This document shows positions 25,501-40,183 of a stretch of 64,000 bases of DNA, in pieces. The stretch spans positions 14,274,389-14,338,388 of the forward strand of contig CM082580.2 of assembly GCA_040954595.2 (NCBI GenBank), in the 5' to 3' direction. How positions within the stretch are numbered: the stretch's first letter is position 1; every line of letters starts with the position of its first letter. The notes under the pieces were generated by a model that saw only the letters and a list, made by a program, of their open reading frames with translations, was not told the DNA's origin and ran no database searches. This DNA is from Balanoglossus misakiensis (taxonomy: Eukaryota; Animalia; Hemichordata). A program made the translations under genes and the position numbers.

Positions 25501-28500
25501 TAGCTTCTATTATTACCCAGTGAAACATAAGCAGTGTCTTCAGTGTCACCATCTCCTTGTGTCGGCATCTTCCAAGCAGGGGCCTCTGCTACTGCTCTGA
25601 AAATGTTGCAGAAAGTCTAAACTCAAAGCTTTGAACCAAACCTCCGATGGGGGCCTTATTTTGTATGTTTGTGGTAGGTAGAAAAATAGGTTTTTAATCT
25701 TCATTTCTCCTTTTTGGGGTGGAATACAAGCTGAAATATTTCAAGTGTTTATTTAAGGACTTGTCTGTAATCGAGAGATAGTTTGCCAGCACAGTACAGC
25801 CAGACCACTTATGACTGTCATTTGAAGGATAACGTGCATTCTCCAAGACCATTATCTGCAAAAGTCAGAAATGGGGCAGTTTTCCATGAAGGGCTGTCAC
25901 CTTGACAGATAATGTGGCAGACTCCATATGCTTTAGTGTTATCAGCATGAAACACTTTGTGGACTAACACGTGTGACTTCTCAGATCATAAGATTTATAG
26001 GCAAAGAGACACTTGAGACTAGAAAGATGGCACAGGAAATGACGCCATTGGAATTGCTGTTCACTGACTCACAGTATTGGAGTTGATATCACACACACCG
26101 TGTCATCCCCCTTGTAGGTGCATGGGGTGTGGGTTTCAAGTCTGCTCAAATTTACGCAAAATAACCAACGTGGATGTTGTTGGATCAGAGTCGTGTACTG
26201 TGTAGACTAGTCACAGACCAAATCTTTATATATATTTTAGTCATGGCCGGGTCCTATAGACTGTACTGTGTGTAATATGAACATATCTGAAATGTTGTTA
26301 TATGCTGTCAAAGAGGTGTCACTTTCCTTTTCAAACACAGCTGTTTCTCAAAGTTCAAACAGCAGGCTTTCTGACTGATGGAATGACTGTCATCCAAAAA
26401 AAAAAGTTGAAAACCTATCTTCACTGTGTCAGAACTATTTAATATCAAAACCAGTTTCGTTTCACTGATCAGATACCAATCATCATTTGATATGTGTAAA
26501 ATTATTTACACTTTTCATTTTCATGTAAATATGTCATCTTTGGAGTGTATGAGTTCCAGTTGAGTTGTATTAATAAAATGTCAGACAAACATGAAGCCGA
26601 TATGATTGCCCTCAGGGTTTTATTTTGAGAACAGAAGAATGCAGATGTATTTTCAGAATGATAGCTACATGGGTACTGCAAGATGATGTCCTCTTCACAC
26701 ATTTGCCATCTGTGCTTGGCCAGTACATGTAGGAGACATCTAAGTCTGTCTGGTGTCTGCCTGGCTATTGGTCGGTCCCACCTGATGTTACATTTATCAC
26801 GATTCCATTTGATTTGAGGCTGTTCCGTTTCATTTGCTAACCTTCTGTTCAATTTGGTGCAGTACATATGGTGATTTTACATTCTGTTTGCTAAACACCA
26901 TTCTCTAATAATTCCATTCCATTTAGCATGCTCTGCTCCATTTGATGTATTTCCATCCCATCAGTTGTCATCAGCATCTTGACTGTTATGTGACAGTCAT
27001 CAGCTGATCCACACAGGAATAATTGATTTCTACCATAATCCCCGGCCATTTACTACTCTACCTGTAGCATGATGTAATCATCACAATAGGACGTTATAAA
27101 TATAAACATAAAAGCTGGTGTGTGACATCACCAATTGCCATTACATGTACTAAATATAATGTGTGACACTCAGTCACACTTAGTTTTAGATATATATAAC
27201 CTTAGGACACCAACGCCAACATTACTGTTGCGTTGTTATCAGTATTAAAGTAAGTGTTGCTCGCACCTTTGTGAGCTAGTCATGCATTTAGTTCTGGAAA
27301 CTTTCAGATGGAATATGCCAATTAAAAGTGCTTCTAACAATTTTCTAGTAGACAAACACTGATACATGTATTGGTTCAATAACTTCATTTATTCATCTGC
27401 TGATATTCGAATTGTTTTGTTTTTTATTTGCAGGCAGAGGCCCGGCTTGCAGCCAGAAGGGCAGCTAGGGCTGAAGCCAGAGAAATCAGAATGAAAGAAC
27501 TGGAAAGACAACAAAAAGAGGTGAGTTGACTTCACCCCCAGTAGTGTGTGGAATGGTCTTTCCAACCATTGTTTCCGATATTGTTTCTGTGATGATGAAC
27601 ATATTGATTGCAAGCTGTCTCATGGCAAGCAAAAAGTCAATGTGACAATTCTTATCAAATAATTGGCATCTGATTGTTTTTTTCGCAAAGGCTGAGAAGC
27701 AAATGGACCAGGATTTTGCGCAGACAACTGATGACAAATTAAAAAATTCAAAGGTAAGCTTAAATAGTTTGTCACAGAACATTCAATGGTGCTATGTCAT
27801 AAGACTATGACTGTGAGTATATTTTTGTCTGTAGAACCAGAAATTTGGTTTATAAAATGAAATCAGTCAGGCATGGTAGATGAGATGACATGCTTTTAAG
27901 GGACAAAAAAGCCAGCACTTTCAAAGGAGAAATGTTTTTTAAAAGGAAATGATAGATTTAATGTGAGCCTGCGTGAATTTTTGATGGAAAATATTATTCT
28001 GCCTGAAGGCTTGTCTTTGCCCAGTCTTTAACACCAATTTTGATCAGCAACCATCAACCAAACAGCATTTTTTCTACCAGTATTCTGAGGTTTGTGTGAA
28101 ATTTCCAAAGTGGTGTTGACACAGCTGATGAAGTCAAATTGTAATTTTATGTGGATTTTCTATCTGCATTGAAGTGGAAAGCTGTTCTGGTTGAAATCTG
28201 GTGATTGAGCAACATGATGCTGGAAATGTAATTACAGAGTTTGTACAGATCTCAGTTGCTTTGTGCAGATGACTGTAAAGAAGCTTTCCAAGAAACAAAT
28301 TTGAATCTGATGAATCTGTCTCCCTTAAAATACCATAAACTTCTTTTACTGTTATAGTCGCCACTCAGACTTCTTGATATAATTGCTGTGTGCTTACATG
28401 GTGTTTGCACAGTTGAACGTAACATCAACGTTTTTACTCTTTCACTGCCCTCTGCATACGCAGTCATTAGGAAACCGGTCAGCGATACTAACATCATCAC

Positions 28501-31500
28501 ACAGCAGTCTCAGTAGTGGTTCATCACGAAGAGGCAGCGAAGAAAACTTGAACACAAACCTCCTGGAAGGTAGTGAATCCTTAAAGGTAAGAGTTTACAT
28601 CAGTCACAAATGACTAAACTACATTAGGAGATACATAACAGTTCCCTGTTTATCCCTTTGATCCAAACACCTCTCAATCAAACACCCAAGTGGAACTGCA
28701 AAATTATGGCTTTCACCTTCAGTGATTCGCAGGAAATTACCCTTAGAGCAGGTTGTAAAACACTCCAGTCATTAGAATTATTCACGCCATCACTGTGGCT
28801 TGTTTGATCCCTCTGTAATCAATTTGTCAGATTTCTTGTTCATAATTCTTCATCAGGAAACAGTTTCCCCGTTCACAAGATACCTGCTCATTCATTTTCT
28901 ATTAACCACATTGAGATTTTCAGCTGCTCTTCCTGGAAGTGAGGTTTACGCCATTAGATACAAAGCTAAGCACAGAGGCCACAATCCATAACACAGTAAT
29001 ATTTTTCATTCTTTGATATATAGGGCTGAGCGCAGACAATTTCTTGAAGCGAACTTAACCCTTATTAATGTTACTGGGTCTGAAATCTACACTGTCAAAT
29101 GACAGTACTCTGTTACCGTAGATGTAGGTTTAATGATTGTTTATTTTATATGCAGCTTATGTTATGTGGCCGTCAGCCTGTGTTGATGATACATGTATAG
29201 CTATGACAACCTAATTTCTCAATAACCATAGCAGCTTCCTTTTGTCCTGTATCTCTTTTTTTGGGCTGCTTGTTTAAAAAATTTCAGTCAAGACGGAGAA
29301 TAGATCAGGTAACGGGTTTGTGCTGGTTGATAGATGTTCCTAATATTTGATAGATATTCCTAATACTGTGTCTGACATGCAACAAGCTTGAAATCTTGTG
29401 CTGTTTACCAGCTGCTGTTTGACAAGGCATGAAAAATTAATCTCTACTAATATTGTATGTGTTTCAAACCTTCTTCACAGTCCCTGGATGTTCTCCAGAT
29501 GTCGTGTGTTTTGTTTTTGATGTTTTTCTTTGTTTTCCTTGATGATGATGAAGATGGTAACAGTTTGTCCAGCCCAGCCATTTCAAGACGTGCCTTCTGT
29601 CCTTGCACTTATATTGACTGTGTTGGCAACCCCCCTCCCCCAGCTTGCTCCCACTTGTGAATAGAAAAGAAACTCGCATAAGATTCCTTGCTCACTTTGA
29701 TGCTTTGTATCCCTGTTTGTAAAGAATACACTTGCCAACACAATCACATTCATTTGAAGAAACATTTGTTGGTCAACTCTCAGCCTTGAAATAAGGCTGT
29801 TCCAAAACTCCCAGAAAGTAAAATCAAGTCACAGACAAATATTTAACTTTCCTCTCCTAGCTGCACGTGTTGACATAACCAACCCATCAGATCAAAGTTG
29901 AAATGTTGACTCCACAGCTGAAAAGCTTTTATTGTTGTTTCAGGATGCCTACTATGAACTGGAAGAGAAGTACAAAAAAGCCATGATGACAAATGCACAA
30001 TTAGACAACGAGAAATCCGCCTTCATTTACCGAATAGACACATTAAAAGACATCTTGGAGGAACAAGAGGAACTCATGCAAGAATTACAGAGAGAGGCCA
30101 GGGAAAAACATAGGGTGAGCACCCCCGTGACGGTAGATTGTCATGGCAACTGTTATGCCACAGTACTGGACTCAGTAATGGTATACACATAACTGATGTT
30201 TGGTCTCTCTTTTTTTTGCAGGATTTAGAGTTTAAAAAGAGAGAGAATTCCAAATTAGAATATGACATTACAATATATAAAGAAATGATCAAACAACGAG
30301 ATGAACTTATAGAGGTAAGACACTGTATGGAGGCTTTGTGATGTAGTGACTAAGGGTACTTGTCTCACTATCAGAAGATGATCAGTTGCAGATCCAGAGC
30401 AAGGCATGATGTTGTACTTCTCATTACAATTATTTTAAAATAGATTTTAAAATCACAGAATTAAGACTAGAATGTGACTGTTAAAGAAAGAAAGCAAACT
30501 AAAAAATTCCATATTCTGTTAACAGCAACATGGTTTAGTATTAGTCGGTGGTGAGCCAACAGAAGAAGAGGAAGAAGCACTTGACCTTGATGAACCTGTG
30601 GTACAATCAGCCGCTCTGGTGACGCCAGAAGCAGCACAAATCTTAGAAAAAGCCGGTGATGGTTCACTAGACGTCAGACTTAAAGCATTTGCTGAGGAAA
30701 AAGAAGATCTTTTAGAACAGGTGACTTGGACTGAAAGCACAGTGTTTGATATTCTTGGAGCTGTTATGGTTTCACTGGGAAAGTTATTCATGAACTTTGA
30801 TCGATATTACCATTTTAAATTCACTGTGTTTTGATCATCATAAAATCTCTGTGCAGTCTTCATGCAATACCAGTCTCACTTCATGAAGTGTGTGTAGTGC
30901 AGAGGAGATTGGATGTTGATAACACACAACAGAGACTGGTGACTAAAAACGTGTAATATCCATCTATCTTTCCAACTTAGATAAAGAAATTAAAAACACA
31001 ACTGGAAGAAGAAAAGGAGAAAAGTGCACAAGCAGAAAAAATCCGAGCATCGCCATTATCACCGATGAATGGACCCGATTTACAATTACTTGAACTTCAA
31101 AGTAAGTGTGTACATGTATGTGCGCTTACCTCTTTAAGAAACTGGTGTGGTGAATTTTATTGGCTCTGATTATCCCTTTCTCCCTGCCAACCACAGGAGA
31201 ATCCAGTAAACAAGTCAGTGAATTTAAAACAAAGTTACAGAAAGCAGAACAGGAGAGGATTACACTAGAGGGCAGTGTGAGTATTCCTAAAATCTTGTAT
31301 CACAGTAATCTTGCAATATGTGAGACAGTTGGTAGCAGTCACGAGAGAAGCGTGAATAATTCTGTAATCCCACATGTTATTCATTATACAAATCTTCTTG
31401 CAGGTGATACGATTAGAAAGTCAAGTTAAACGCTACAAAACACAGGCAGAAAATATAGAGAAAATGGAAGGCGAACTCAAGTCTGAAAAAAGGAAACTTA

Positions 31501-32832
31501 CAAGAGAGGTAAGCAGACAATTTATTTTCAAGTTATGTGCACCCACCCATCGTCACCCATTCATAAAATCTAAGTCACTTGTTTATATACCACGTTCTGT
31601 AGGCAATTGTGTAGCTTGGTGTCTTGTCTGACTGTTCTTGGTTCTGCCAAACAGGCAGCTAACGTTACACATTGAGCTTACAAGTGAGAAAGATGGTCCC
31701 TTTGAAGACAATCACAGACCCCATGAGCTTTTTCAGTTAATGCACAATGCTGGTCTGTCTGCTTGACAGAGCCAAGAAATAGACAGATTAGACACTCCAC
31801 TGGTAATTGTATAATCAGTTTGTGTTCTGGGAGACGTGTGTGTTTCTTTCATTCAAGTGATTCTTCCACAGGTGCAGGTTACAAGATGTCCAGTAATTTC
31901 ACTCAGCAGATCAACCAGTGTCACTGTCTTATATGGTTGTTGTAACACAAATATCTGTTCTTCAGTTATCATTCTCCCTAGACACATCCCTGTGCTGTGT
32001 TTGTAATTTGTTGAGTTCTCTGCAGATTGGCAGTAGAAAATACCACAGTTCATCTGCAGCAGTTGTGTTGCTCATGAACGCTTGAACACATATTTCAGCT
32101 GTTGATGGGAGAATGATAATTGATGTGTATGTGTGAAAATAAAAACGGTGATGCACAGTAGAAATTGGCTTAAATTATTCACATTGATAACTACAATTGT
32201 AAGTTTTTCTTTGCAAATTTACACGGTTGCGCGGTATCTAGATGCCAGTGCAAAAATTTAACAAGCAATGTGCACTATCATTCTTTTTTCTGCTCTAAGA
32301 ACTTATTTGTTGGAAGTGTTGGAAAAACTAACCCGAAAGAAAAGGAGTCAATCAAAATGCCTTAGTTTGCAGGGTTCATACAAAATGTACTTTCCAGAAG
32401 TCATTGGAAATCCCGGAAAAATTTAAACCTACAAATTGCCTTTGTGACTTCAAATATTTTTTTAACATCATTGAAATTACTGCTGTGAATTCAGGCCATT
32501 TTGATTGACTTTTGAGTGTGTGAACAACAAGTTTACTATTTCCAGCACTTTCAACAAATACAAAAAAATAGGATATCCTTTTAGTCAAGCCTGTTCACCC
32601 CTCAATCTCAATTGTGCTGATCCACAGTCTACGGCCCATACCATATGTTAGGAAAGATTAGGGCTGGAAAGGTGTAACAAGATTTTCATCAATGCATACC
32701 CTTGGCATTTTCACTTTGCAGTTGCGGATAGCACAGGACAAAGTTAACGACATGGAAATGGAGAACACCCGACTTAGCAAACGAATAGAGAGTATGAAAT
32801 CGCGAAGTGCCCGAAACCAAGCACTGCTCTAA
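22576..32832 (+). CDS. LRRFIP2: Leucine-rich repeat flightless-interacting protein (LRRFIP1/2 orthologue), about 411 aa, isoform with the proximal last exon
   Basis: [10 protein letters not shown]...EALTNISKE|[29 protein letters not shown], then [34 protein letters not shown] and [10 protein letters not shown] motifs. Exons 22576-22662, 27434-27520, 27691-27753, 28464-28586, 29944-30114, 30222-30314, 30526-30720, 30981-31101, 31197-31276, 31404-31508, 32722-32832. Confidence 0.93.
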
Positions 32833-33642
32833 AGCCTTGTCTTTTGGTGCTCTTTGTAAAAGCCTTGGAAGTCAGCAAAGGTTGATGACAACTATGCTTA
32901 CTACTACATGTCCTAGCAAACGCATTGACAAAGATCAGTATAAATACAAACATTGCTAACCGCTGTCTGTTTGCATACGCGTGATAATAACATATGACAA
33001 TGTTTTATTTTCTTGCGTGATCATCCCTCACTAGCATGCTACACATTTCATAGTTTTTTTGCAGCTTTGCGTTGGCTATAACCAGTCTAGGGTGGGTGGG
33101 GAGAGGGAGGGGTGCTGTTTGCAGTTTGTAGATAGTGGGTGGCAATCTGTTCTCCGTCCTATTGCCTGCTGTGTTGGAACAATGTAGTAGCAATATTTTA
33201 GAAACAAGAACATTTTGCATTGTCTTGTCAAAGACATTTTGCCAAATGTTCCAGCAAAATGCAGCAGCTGTATGCAAATTTAATTAACACTCTTCAAGTC
33301 AAAATTAACTCAGAGACAGAGAGGGAAATTCTGATTACAACTCGCATATTACGGACATTTATTTGACGGAAGATTTTCAATTTTTCATGCAATTTATGCA
33401 GTTGATGCATCACTGGCCATTTCTGTACTAACTGACTTGCCATTGGCAAATGCTTTCCATCGGTTGCTATTAGAAACCCTGGGGGTACAAGTAATCAAGG
33501 GAAACCAAGGCCTTGGCCTCTAGGTCAATACAATAACTGTGCATGGAGTATTGTGAACATAGTGTGTGTATGCTTGTGTTTCTATAAAATAATAATTGCT
33601 TTGATTTTTGTGATGTTTATTGCTGCTAATTTAAGTGGATGG

Positions 33643-33685
33643 ACACACACACACACACACACACATACATACATACATACATACA
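33643..33685. repeat. (CA)n followed by (CATA)n microsatellite
   Basis: Read directly from the sequence. Confidence 0.95.
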
Positions 33686-34123
33686 GCTGTTAATGGACAC
33701 TGCACTTGGTCACACTGCCAGTGGACACACATCAAGACATCCGGCTTTGGACAACACACTGGACACTGCCAACTGAAAATACTGCTAACGCCCCATCAAC
33801 TCATGCTGATACAGATATTAATTACACTTTGTGTTGTTGTTTTTTTAAACCATTCATTTCTAGTTATAATTTAGCGCTAGCTGGTGCAATATGGTGAATG
33901 CAGATGTTTGTTTGTTGGTTGGTATCCCACCACATATCCTTCCAATCAGAGAACACAACACTAACTGTTAACAATGATTAGATTGCACAGTATCATATCC
34001 CATCCCATAATACATGTTTTACGTTGTTGTTGTGTGTATTTGAGTTTTGCTTGATCTGTCATTTGTTCTCTGTTTTTCTTTTTCTTTTTTTTATAACTTG
34101 ACATGGTGATGTGGTTTGGACAG

Positions 34124-34222
34124 TTACGGTCAGCCAATGATAGAGTTGACGAGTTAGAAACTGAGAACATACACCTGTTGAAACGACTTGAAAAAATAAA
34201 AGGCAGTGGTAGAAGAGTGTAG
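34124..34222 (+). CDS. LRRFIP2: Second, homologous alternative last coding exon of LRRFIP
   Basis: Long pyrimidine tract and acceptor gacag, then LRSANDRVDELETENIHLLKRLEKIKGSGRRV*; phase 0 and alignable without gaps to exon 32722-32832. Confidence 0.85.
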   Translation, partial: LRSANDRVDELETENIHLLKRLEKIKGSGRRV

Positions 34223-36276
34223 TCAGAGGTGATTGGTCGTAGCCGAAAAAATCCAGATGTGATCTCTCTCTCTCTCTTCCATGGTTAGCCCCATTGTCTT
34301 AAAGTGTATATTTGAAATGTCAACCTTAGGTGTATGTACCTTAACCGTTTCAAGATGACAATAAACTCTGGCTTTAGGAAAGTAACATTTGACATTTGTC
34401 TATATTACATTGAATTCCAATTTCTGTATCGTTATCTATAAAGATGCGCATTTTACCACATTCTTCCATTGGCAAATTAAGTTTTTTGGGGGGTTGGGTC
34501 AGGACTGCGGAAATATTATCATAGTAACATTAAAAATGTAAACAATCCATATGTTAAGTCAATGCTGTATTAAGAGAAATCTAAATCTCTTTCATAGCCA
34601 TGACTACAGTTAGAAATTGTATTTGATAAAACCATTCTGTAGATGCAAATAAACCATGACAAAACAGAGCAACTTTTGATTCATTATGTATTCAGTGATT
34701 GAGGAATTCTCATCCAGTTATTGTGATTTTTTTCCAGCACTGCATTTACAGTGAGAGATTTAATTAACAGAGAATGAGTGTCAAGTTTAATTTTCAGTTA
34801 CTGGTTGTATGTGGTTGATTCAGTCCTACACTATTGCCTCATGTCATGTGTTTTTCTCAACAAAATTTATTTGCTTGCCATTATAGTAACATATCAACAT
34901 TTTTGATGTTTTTTTGTGTGATTGTTACAGTTTAATGATTTTGCCATCATGCATGGTTCTCTTCAATGCAATATCTGTAAAGTTGCCACAAATTGGACTC
35001 ATTTGAAAACAGGTGTCTGATGTATGTAGACACAAACTTTTTCTGTAATCTTTTGCTTCCAAAATTACTGGCATAGAGCTGCGATGAAACAGGTAGACAT
35101 AAATATTTATGACATTTTATGTAATCGTATGTTACAGTTTCATTGTAGCTGTTTGACTGGTTAAAATTTTTTTCGATACTCTGTATTGTGAAATTTAGCA
35201 AAATCTTTCTTCCTCTGTAACAGCGTGCATTCAGTTGTAACCCAGTTTGTTTGTTTGTTATGTTGAGACTGATACCTGTTAATTTCTTGTACTTATGGTA
35301 GCCATGGAAATAATGCAAAACAACTCAGCTGCAGCTTACATTGTATTGTATTTTAATATCAAAAGTTTGGTAGATAAAATATTTTTTTTTGTAAAGGTTC
35401 AGTTGTCAGACTTCAAGGATATGCTGCGAAAGCAGTTTTTTTCTCTGTATTTAGTAACCTTACTGATTTTTATTGTAGAAACTTCTCAACTGATGTCTGA
35501 TGCCATTTAAAACTGGATTATACCATAGCCGAAAAGTAGGGGTGATCGCCATGATGGTGAGAAGGTAATCTCTCCAGAGTGGTCTTGGCCAGAATTGTAA
35601 TTTTTATGTATTTACAAGAAAGGTGTGATTAACATGCACATGTTGTGAGTTCCAGGGTGAACATAATCTTGCACGTCGTTTCCTCCGCCTTTGGATAGAT
35701 CAAGTGGTGAAGCATTTATAGAGTGAATGGTTCCTATTCCCAATTAATGCTCTAGGCACAAATAAACTTTTGTGTATATATATATATTCTCCACATAAAG
35801 TTTGCGAAAATACACACACCCTGTAGCTGATAACTTCAAAGTATGCAGAAACATCCCAATTTTCAATCCTGTACCAAGAAGAAAATACATTAAATGCCAA
35901 TGACAATTTGCCTTGAATTTAGAAGGATTTTGTAAGTAGGTTTATAAAAAAACATGCCAAATAAGACTGAGCATGCCCAGTAGCTTACACTCAGAATGTT
36001 AAAGGTTAGAAATGACAGGTAACAAGTTAAGCTGTAAGCAAATTAATATGCTTCCAAGTTTTTTATTATCTTATTTTTCTGATGTGGACAGTTGAGAAAG
36101 AAGGAACCCATCATATTGATGCAGTGACAGAAAAATAAAAAAACGATTGCCGAGTAAATCTTTCATTGTGTGGTCTTTCTTGTGTTGTACATCATCATTG
36201 TGAAATGTGCCCCAGTTTGATATGGAATTTCAAGATGGCCGATTTCTTGCATATATCTCCAATATGACGTGCTTGA

Positions 36277-39200
36277 TTAACCAATGAAATCAACAATCAT
36301 GTCGTATACTCTCTCTGGTTGATCATATGGCGCGATATGACCAGCTCCACGGACCAGAACCTGAAAGAATGATTGAAATACTGAATTAAAACACATCCCA
36401 CTCACGATTTCACACCAAAGTACAAGGATAACATAATTTGCTGACGATACAACTGCAATAAAGTAGGTTACATGGTCATCATATGACTATTATGCAAAAT
36501 GAATTCACTCTCCAATATAGCAATGTGTACAAGGACTGACCTGAGACATAGTTCCCTTGCCAGGCCCTACTCTCCGAACATATCCTGCCACATCTGTATC
36601 ATTCTCTATTTTCCAGACTGTTCTTTCCGCTTTGTGATATTCTTCCATGCCTTTCCAGTTTAATTTTGACAGAAACCGTTGAGTGAGAGGAGCCGCAACG
36701 ATGACATCTAACTGACCACTGTAAAACATGGCCTACATAATTGGAGAGAAAACAATGTAGGATAAACAGATCTATTCAACGAAATCAAGAATGTTTTTTA
36801 TTTTTGATTCATGATTTTATTTCCAAACCTTGACAGCAAACTACGGTCCTCACCTTGTAGTCATTGTTCAAAAGTTCAACAATCCAGGGCTTCACTGACT
36901 GACAAATGTCTTCCAAGAGATAATGCTCGACCTTTGACCCATCATTGTATGTTAGATTGCCAACATGTGTGGCAAATCGTACCTCTCCAAGTGCTATATA
37001 AGCATTGTAATATGAAAACTCTTCTGGTTCCTTTGAAAGAAAGAAGCAAAATCATAACATGAATTAGGCTAAGTGGATCAGTAGATGGAATTGAACAGAT
37101 TAGACACAGTCAATGATGGACAGACTCTGGATTAAAATCTCACTCCTGTTCGTCCCTGTATCAGTGTATGTGAACAGCATAATGTTGACAAATAACGGTC
37201 ATCAAGACAAAACAATCATTCCAGGCGCACATGGTGTGTGCAACTCAATGTTCTATTTGCGGAGAGACAGCATCCTAAATTTTATCACCTACATTGATTT
37301 TGCAACAAATCTTCTGCATGACAAAAGTGGCACACAGATGTTGCAGAACTTACTTTAATTCTGAGAAAGTTATAGTAATCTGATGAACCGGTCACATTGT
37401 AATAGTAAGATGGATACTTGGTGATGTCACCATTAAGAAGGCGGTCAAATATCTGTAATCGGAAGAAAAACAAATATTTACAAAGTATCATTTTTCATTG
37501 GGTCAAAATAATTGTTTTCTTCTAGTCAATATCTTCCATAGAGCTGTCTTGGTGAAAATATTCAGAGTTGTACGACATCAAATGTTATACATGCTGATCA
37601 ACAGACGACACTTACCATAATGCATTTGCTCCACTCTTTCTGTTGCATGTATTGATTGGCTAGATCTGTTTGGCTGTTAACATAATCGCGTTGATTTTCA
37701 TCAATTTGTCCTGTTTGATACATATACTCACCATAGGCTGGAAACATCTGTCAGTTAAAAAAGACGATGAACTCTGGAGTCAGATTCAAAGGAAATGAAC
37801 TTTGGAAGTCTGACTAATAATGTCATATGAGTATCCTACCATTCATGGTAGTGGGTTGCTGCAGATACATGATGGTGGTTGTGGTTATGATGGTGGTGAT
37901 GATGATGACAACGACGACGAAGATGATGACGGTTGTCGTAGTGGTGAAGTCAAATCCAAACCAACTCCAAACTTACTGTCTCTGGGTCACAAAGTCCATC
38001 TCCTATGGCCATGCCTCTCAAATTGATCTTCACTTTGGCTGTGGGGTTTTCTTTGTGAATTTTATATGAAATAGCTGGTACATATTTACCTGCATAGGAC
38101 TTGAATACAGACAAAATTCATGTTTATATGATAACATTGAAACAACAAAGTGACATACAACTGGCTGTAACATGGCACACAGTACAGTCTCTAAATCTAA
38201 TATACTACATGATGATTGTGGCACATCCACTATTGAACATATACTGTCACCCTTACTGGTTGGTAGGACAGGCTGTATGGTAAATAATTTGTCGAGATCA
38301 AAAGATGGAGAATGAAACCAAACCAAACCTTTACCTGAAATCAAGCACATCTACAAAGTAAAAGGTCAATGACCCTTTTTGGCCTCACCTCACCAGTTGC
38401 ATAGAAGTCATTCTTTTGGTATTCATAATATACCTGATAGAACTGAGTCAATGCACTGAGAATTAAATGAATGAATGAAAGAATGAAATTATTGATTTTT
38501 GACATAACAATCTTAAATTACAATACAATGATATTAAAGAGTACCAAAATATTAAACATTCATATTATGACCTTATTAGTTTCTATAATAGTTGATAACC
38601 AGAATATCTGAACAATACCTATACAGATCATCGCCAACAGCAGTTTCATTCCTTGCATAGCCCCTTTCATCTCTTGTAAAGCTAAATCCAGTTCCAACCT
38701 AAATGAAAAATGAAGTAATCATAATTTTTGCTGTTCCAACATCAGAATTAGACAAAAAGTATTGACTGCACTACTTTATAAAATGGGTAGCCTTTAGGCA
38801 AAGTCAATGATAACCATGGTAACTATGAACTTATACATTCTCCCAATTCTTCTGTAAATTATGCTTACTGGGTTATCAATGTACAGCATGGAGTATTTGT
38901 TTTGCCAGGTTATTTTTCTGTCACTCACTGAAAAAGAAAAAAAGAAATGAAAACAAGTAATTCATGGGTGATGGTGGGTCTAGGTTTCTTATTTTTATAA
39001 AAGAAAGTGTAATTGAATACTCTAGACGAATATATATAAAATGTTTAATGACAAATCCAATCAATCCTTTAATGCAAATAATGGTACCAACATCCGACAT
39101 TTTCAGAGCCTTACATTTGTTGTCTTTAGAGATCTTAAACGGACCATTCTCTACAAACAAACCAAACAAGGATGAGCCTCCAGGACCACCTTGCAGCCAT

Positions 39201-40183
39201 AACACCACTGGAGCATCTTGAGGATTCTCCTGGACACAAAAAACAACACTAGTGAGATGCAGTCGTTAATCAGAACTACAACAGCTTTGTTGTTTAATCA
39301 AATTGACAGAAATGACTTTTTGAACTGATTGTTACTTTCTTCTTTTGAAAACAAGTTTTTTTGCAAAGCTTTACCTTGGCTGGTATAAACCAGAAAAACA
39401 TATTGCTGTCATATTCCTTGTTGACTGTGAAAAATCCTGTGAGATAAACAGCATTGTTGCAGAGAATTATATTCATAAGGTTACAATTAGTTATTTGAAG
39501 ATGTCTGTACATGTGAACAGTTTCACAATTTTTACTTTCTGTGTGTGAACCTAGTTAGTGAATGTCCAGTATAGAGTCGACAAGCATACGCATGGTCCAT
39601 CATGTTTTTCATAGACCAATATTTTGGAAAACACCAGCTGATACTGAGAATGTAATTCTGTAAAAAGTTAATATCCACTGTTGGAGATGCTACTCAGAGC
39701 AGTCCAGGCAACCATACATTCTATGTTAAACATTTGATCTGCAGTTCTGGCAGAAGATTTTCTCTCTTGATCACATGACTAACCTGAGTAACTCTTGATA
39801 CTTGTACCTTCCAGTGATCCAACAGCACTAAGTTTGCGAGCTGAAAATGGCAAACAGAAAAAATAAATTAAGAATATAAGTTAGTGCCTGTCACTATTCA
39901 AAATGTTTTTATGACATTAGTTACGATATTCACACTAAACATATTTATTGCTCAGTATAATCTACACACTGGAGGCACTGGAATTCACCATAATCTTACC
40001 TTCGTCAATTTTGCCAGCCTCTATAAGCGGAGTAAGGAAAAGAGGTTTGCCAGGATCAACACCATTACTGACATATTGTGGAAAGTTTTCTGGAAACATA
40101 GTTTTCAGTGGTGTTCTTGACTGGACTGCATTGAAGATGATCAACAGCAGTGTAGCAACCGTTGTTTGGTGTAAAAGAGACAT
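36277..40183 (-). CDS. CPVL: Serine carboxypeptidase CPVL (vitellogenic-like, peptidase S10), about 476 aa
   Basis: Signal peptide, [28 protein letters not shown]|VGTGFS, catalytic GE|SYAG, GQLD and GAGH motifs. Exons 40183-40000, 39840-39784, 39436-39375, 39229-39115, 38927-38869, 38698-38619, 38455-38389, 38099-37977, 37747-37616, 37452-37354, 37030-36854, 36732-36541, 36360-36277; 5'UTR acceptor at 40199. Confidence 0.95.
37868..37945. repeat. Degenerate (GAT/GGT/GAC)n trinucleotide tract in a CPVL intron
   Basis: Read directly from the sequence. Confidence 0.8.

Noticed and set aside
27592-27673. C box (ATGATGA) and D box (CTGA) in LRRFIP intron 2
   Set aside because: No terminal stem, and the D box sits at the branch-point position only 17 nt from the acceptor.
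29457-29660. ORF with [12 protein letters not shown] inside an LRRFIP intron
   Set aside because: No convincing acceptor-donor pair around the protein-like part and no recognisable homology.
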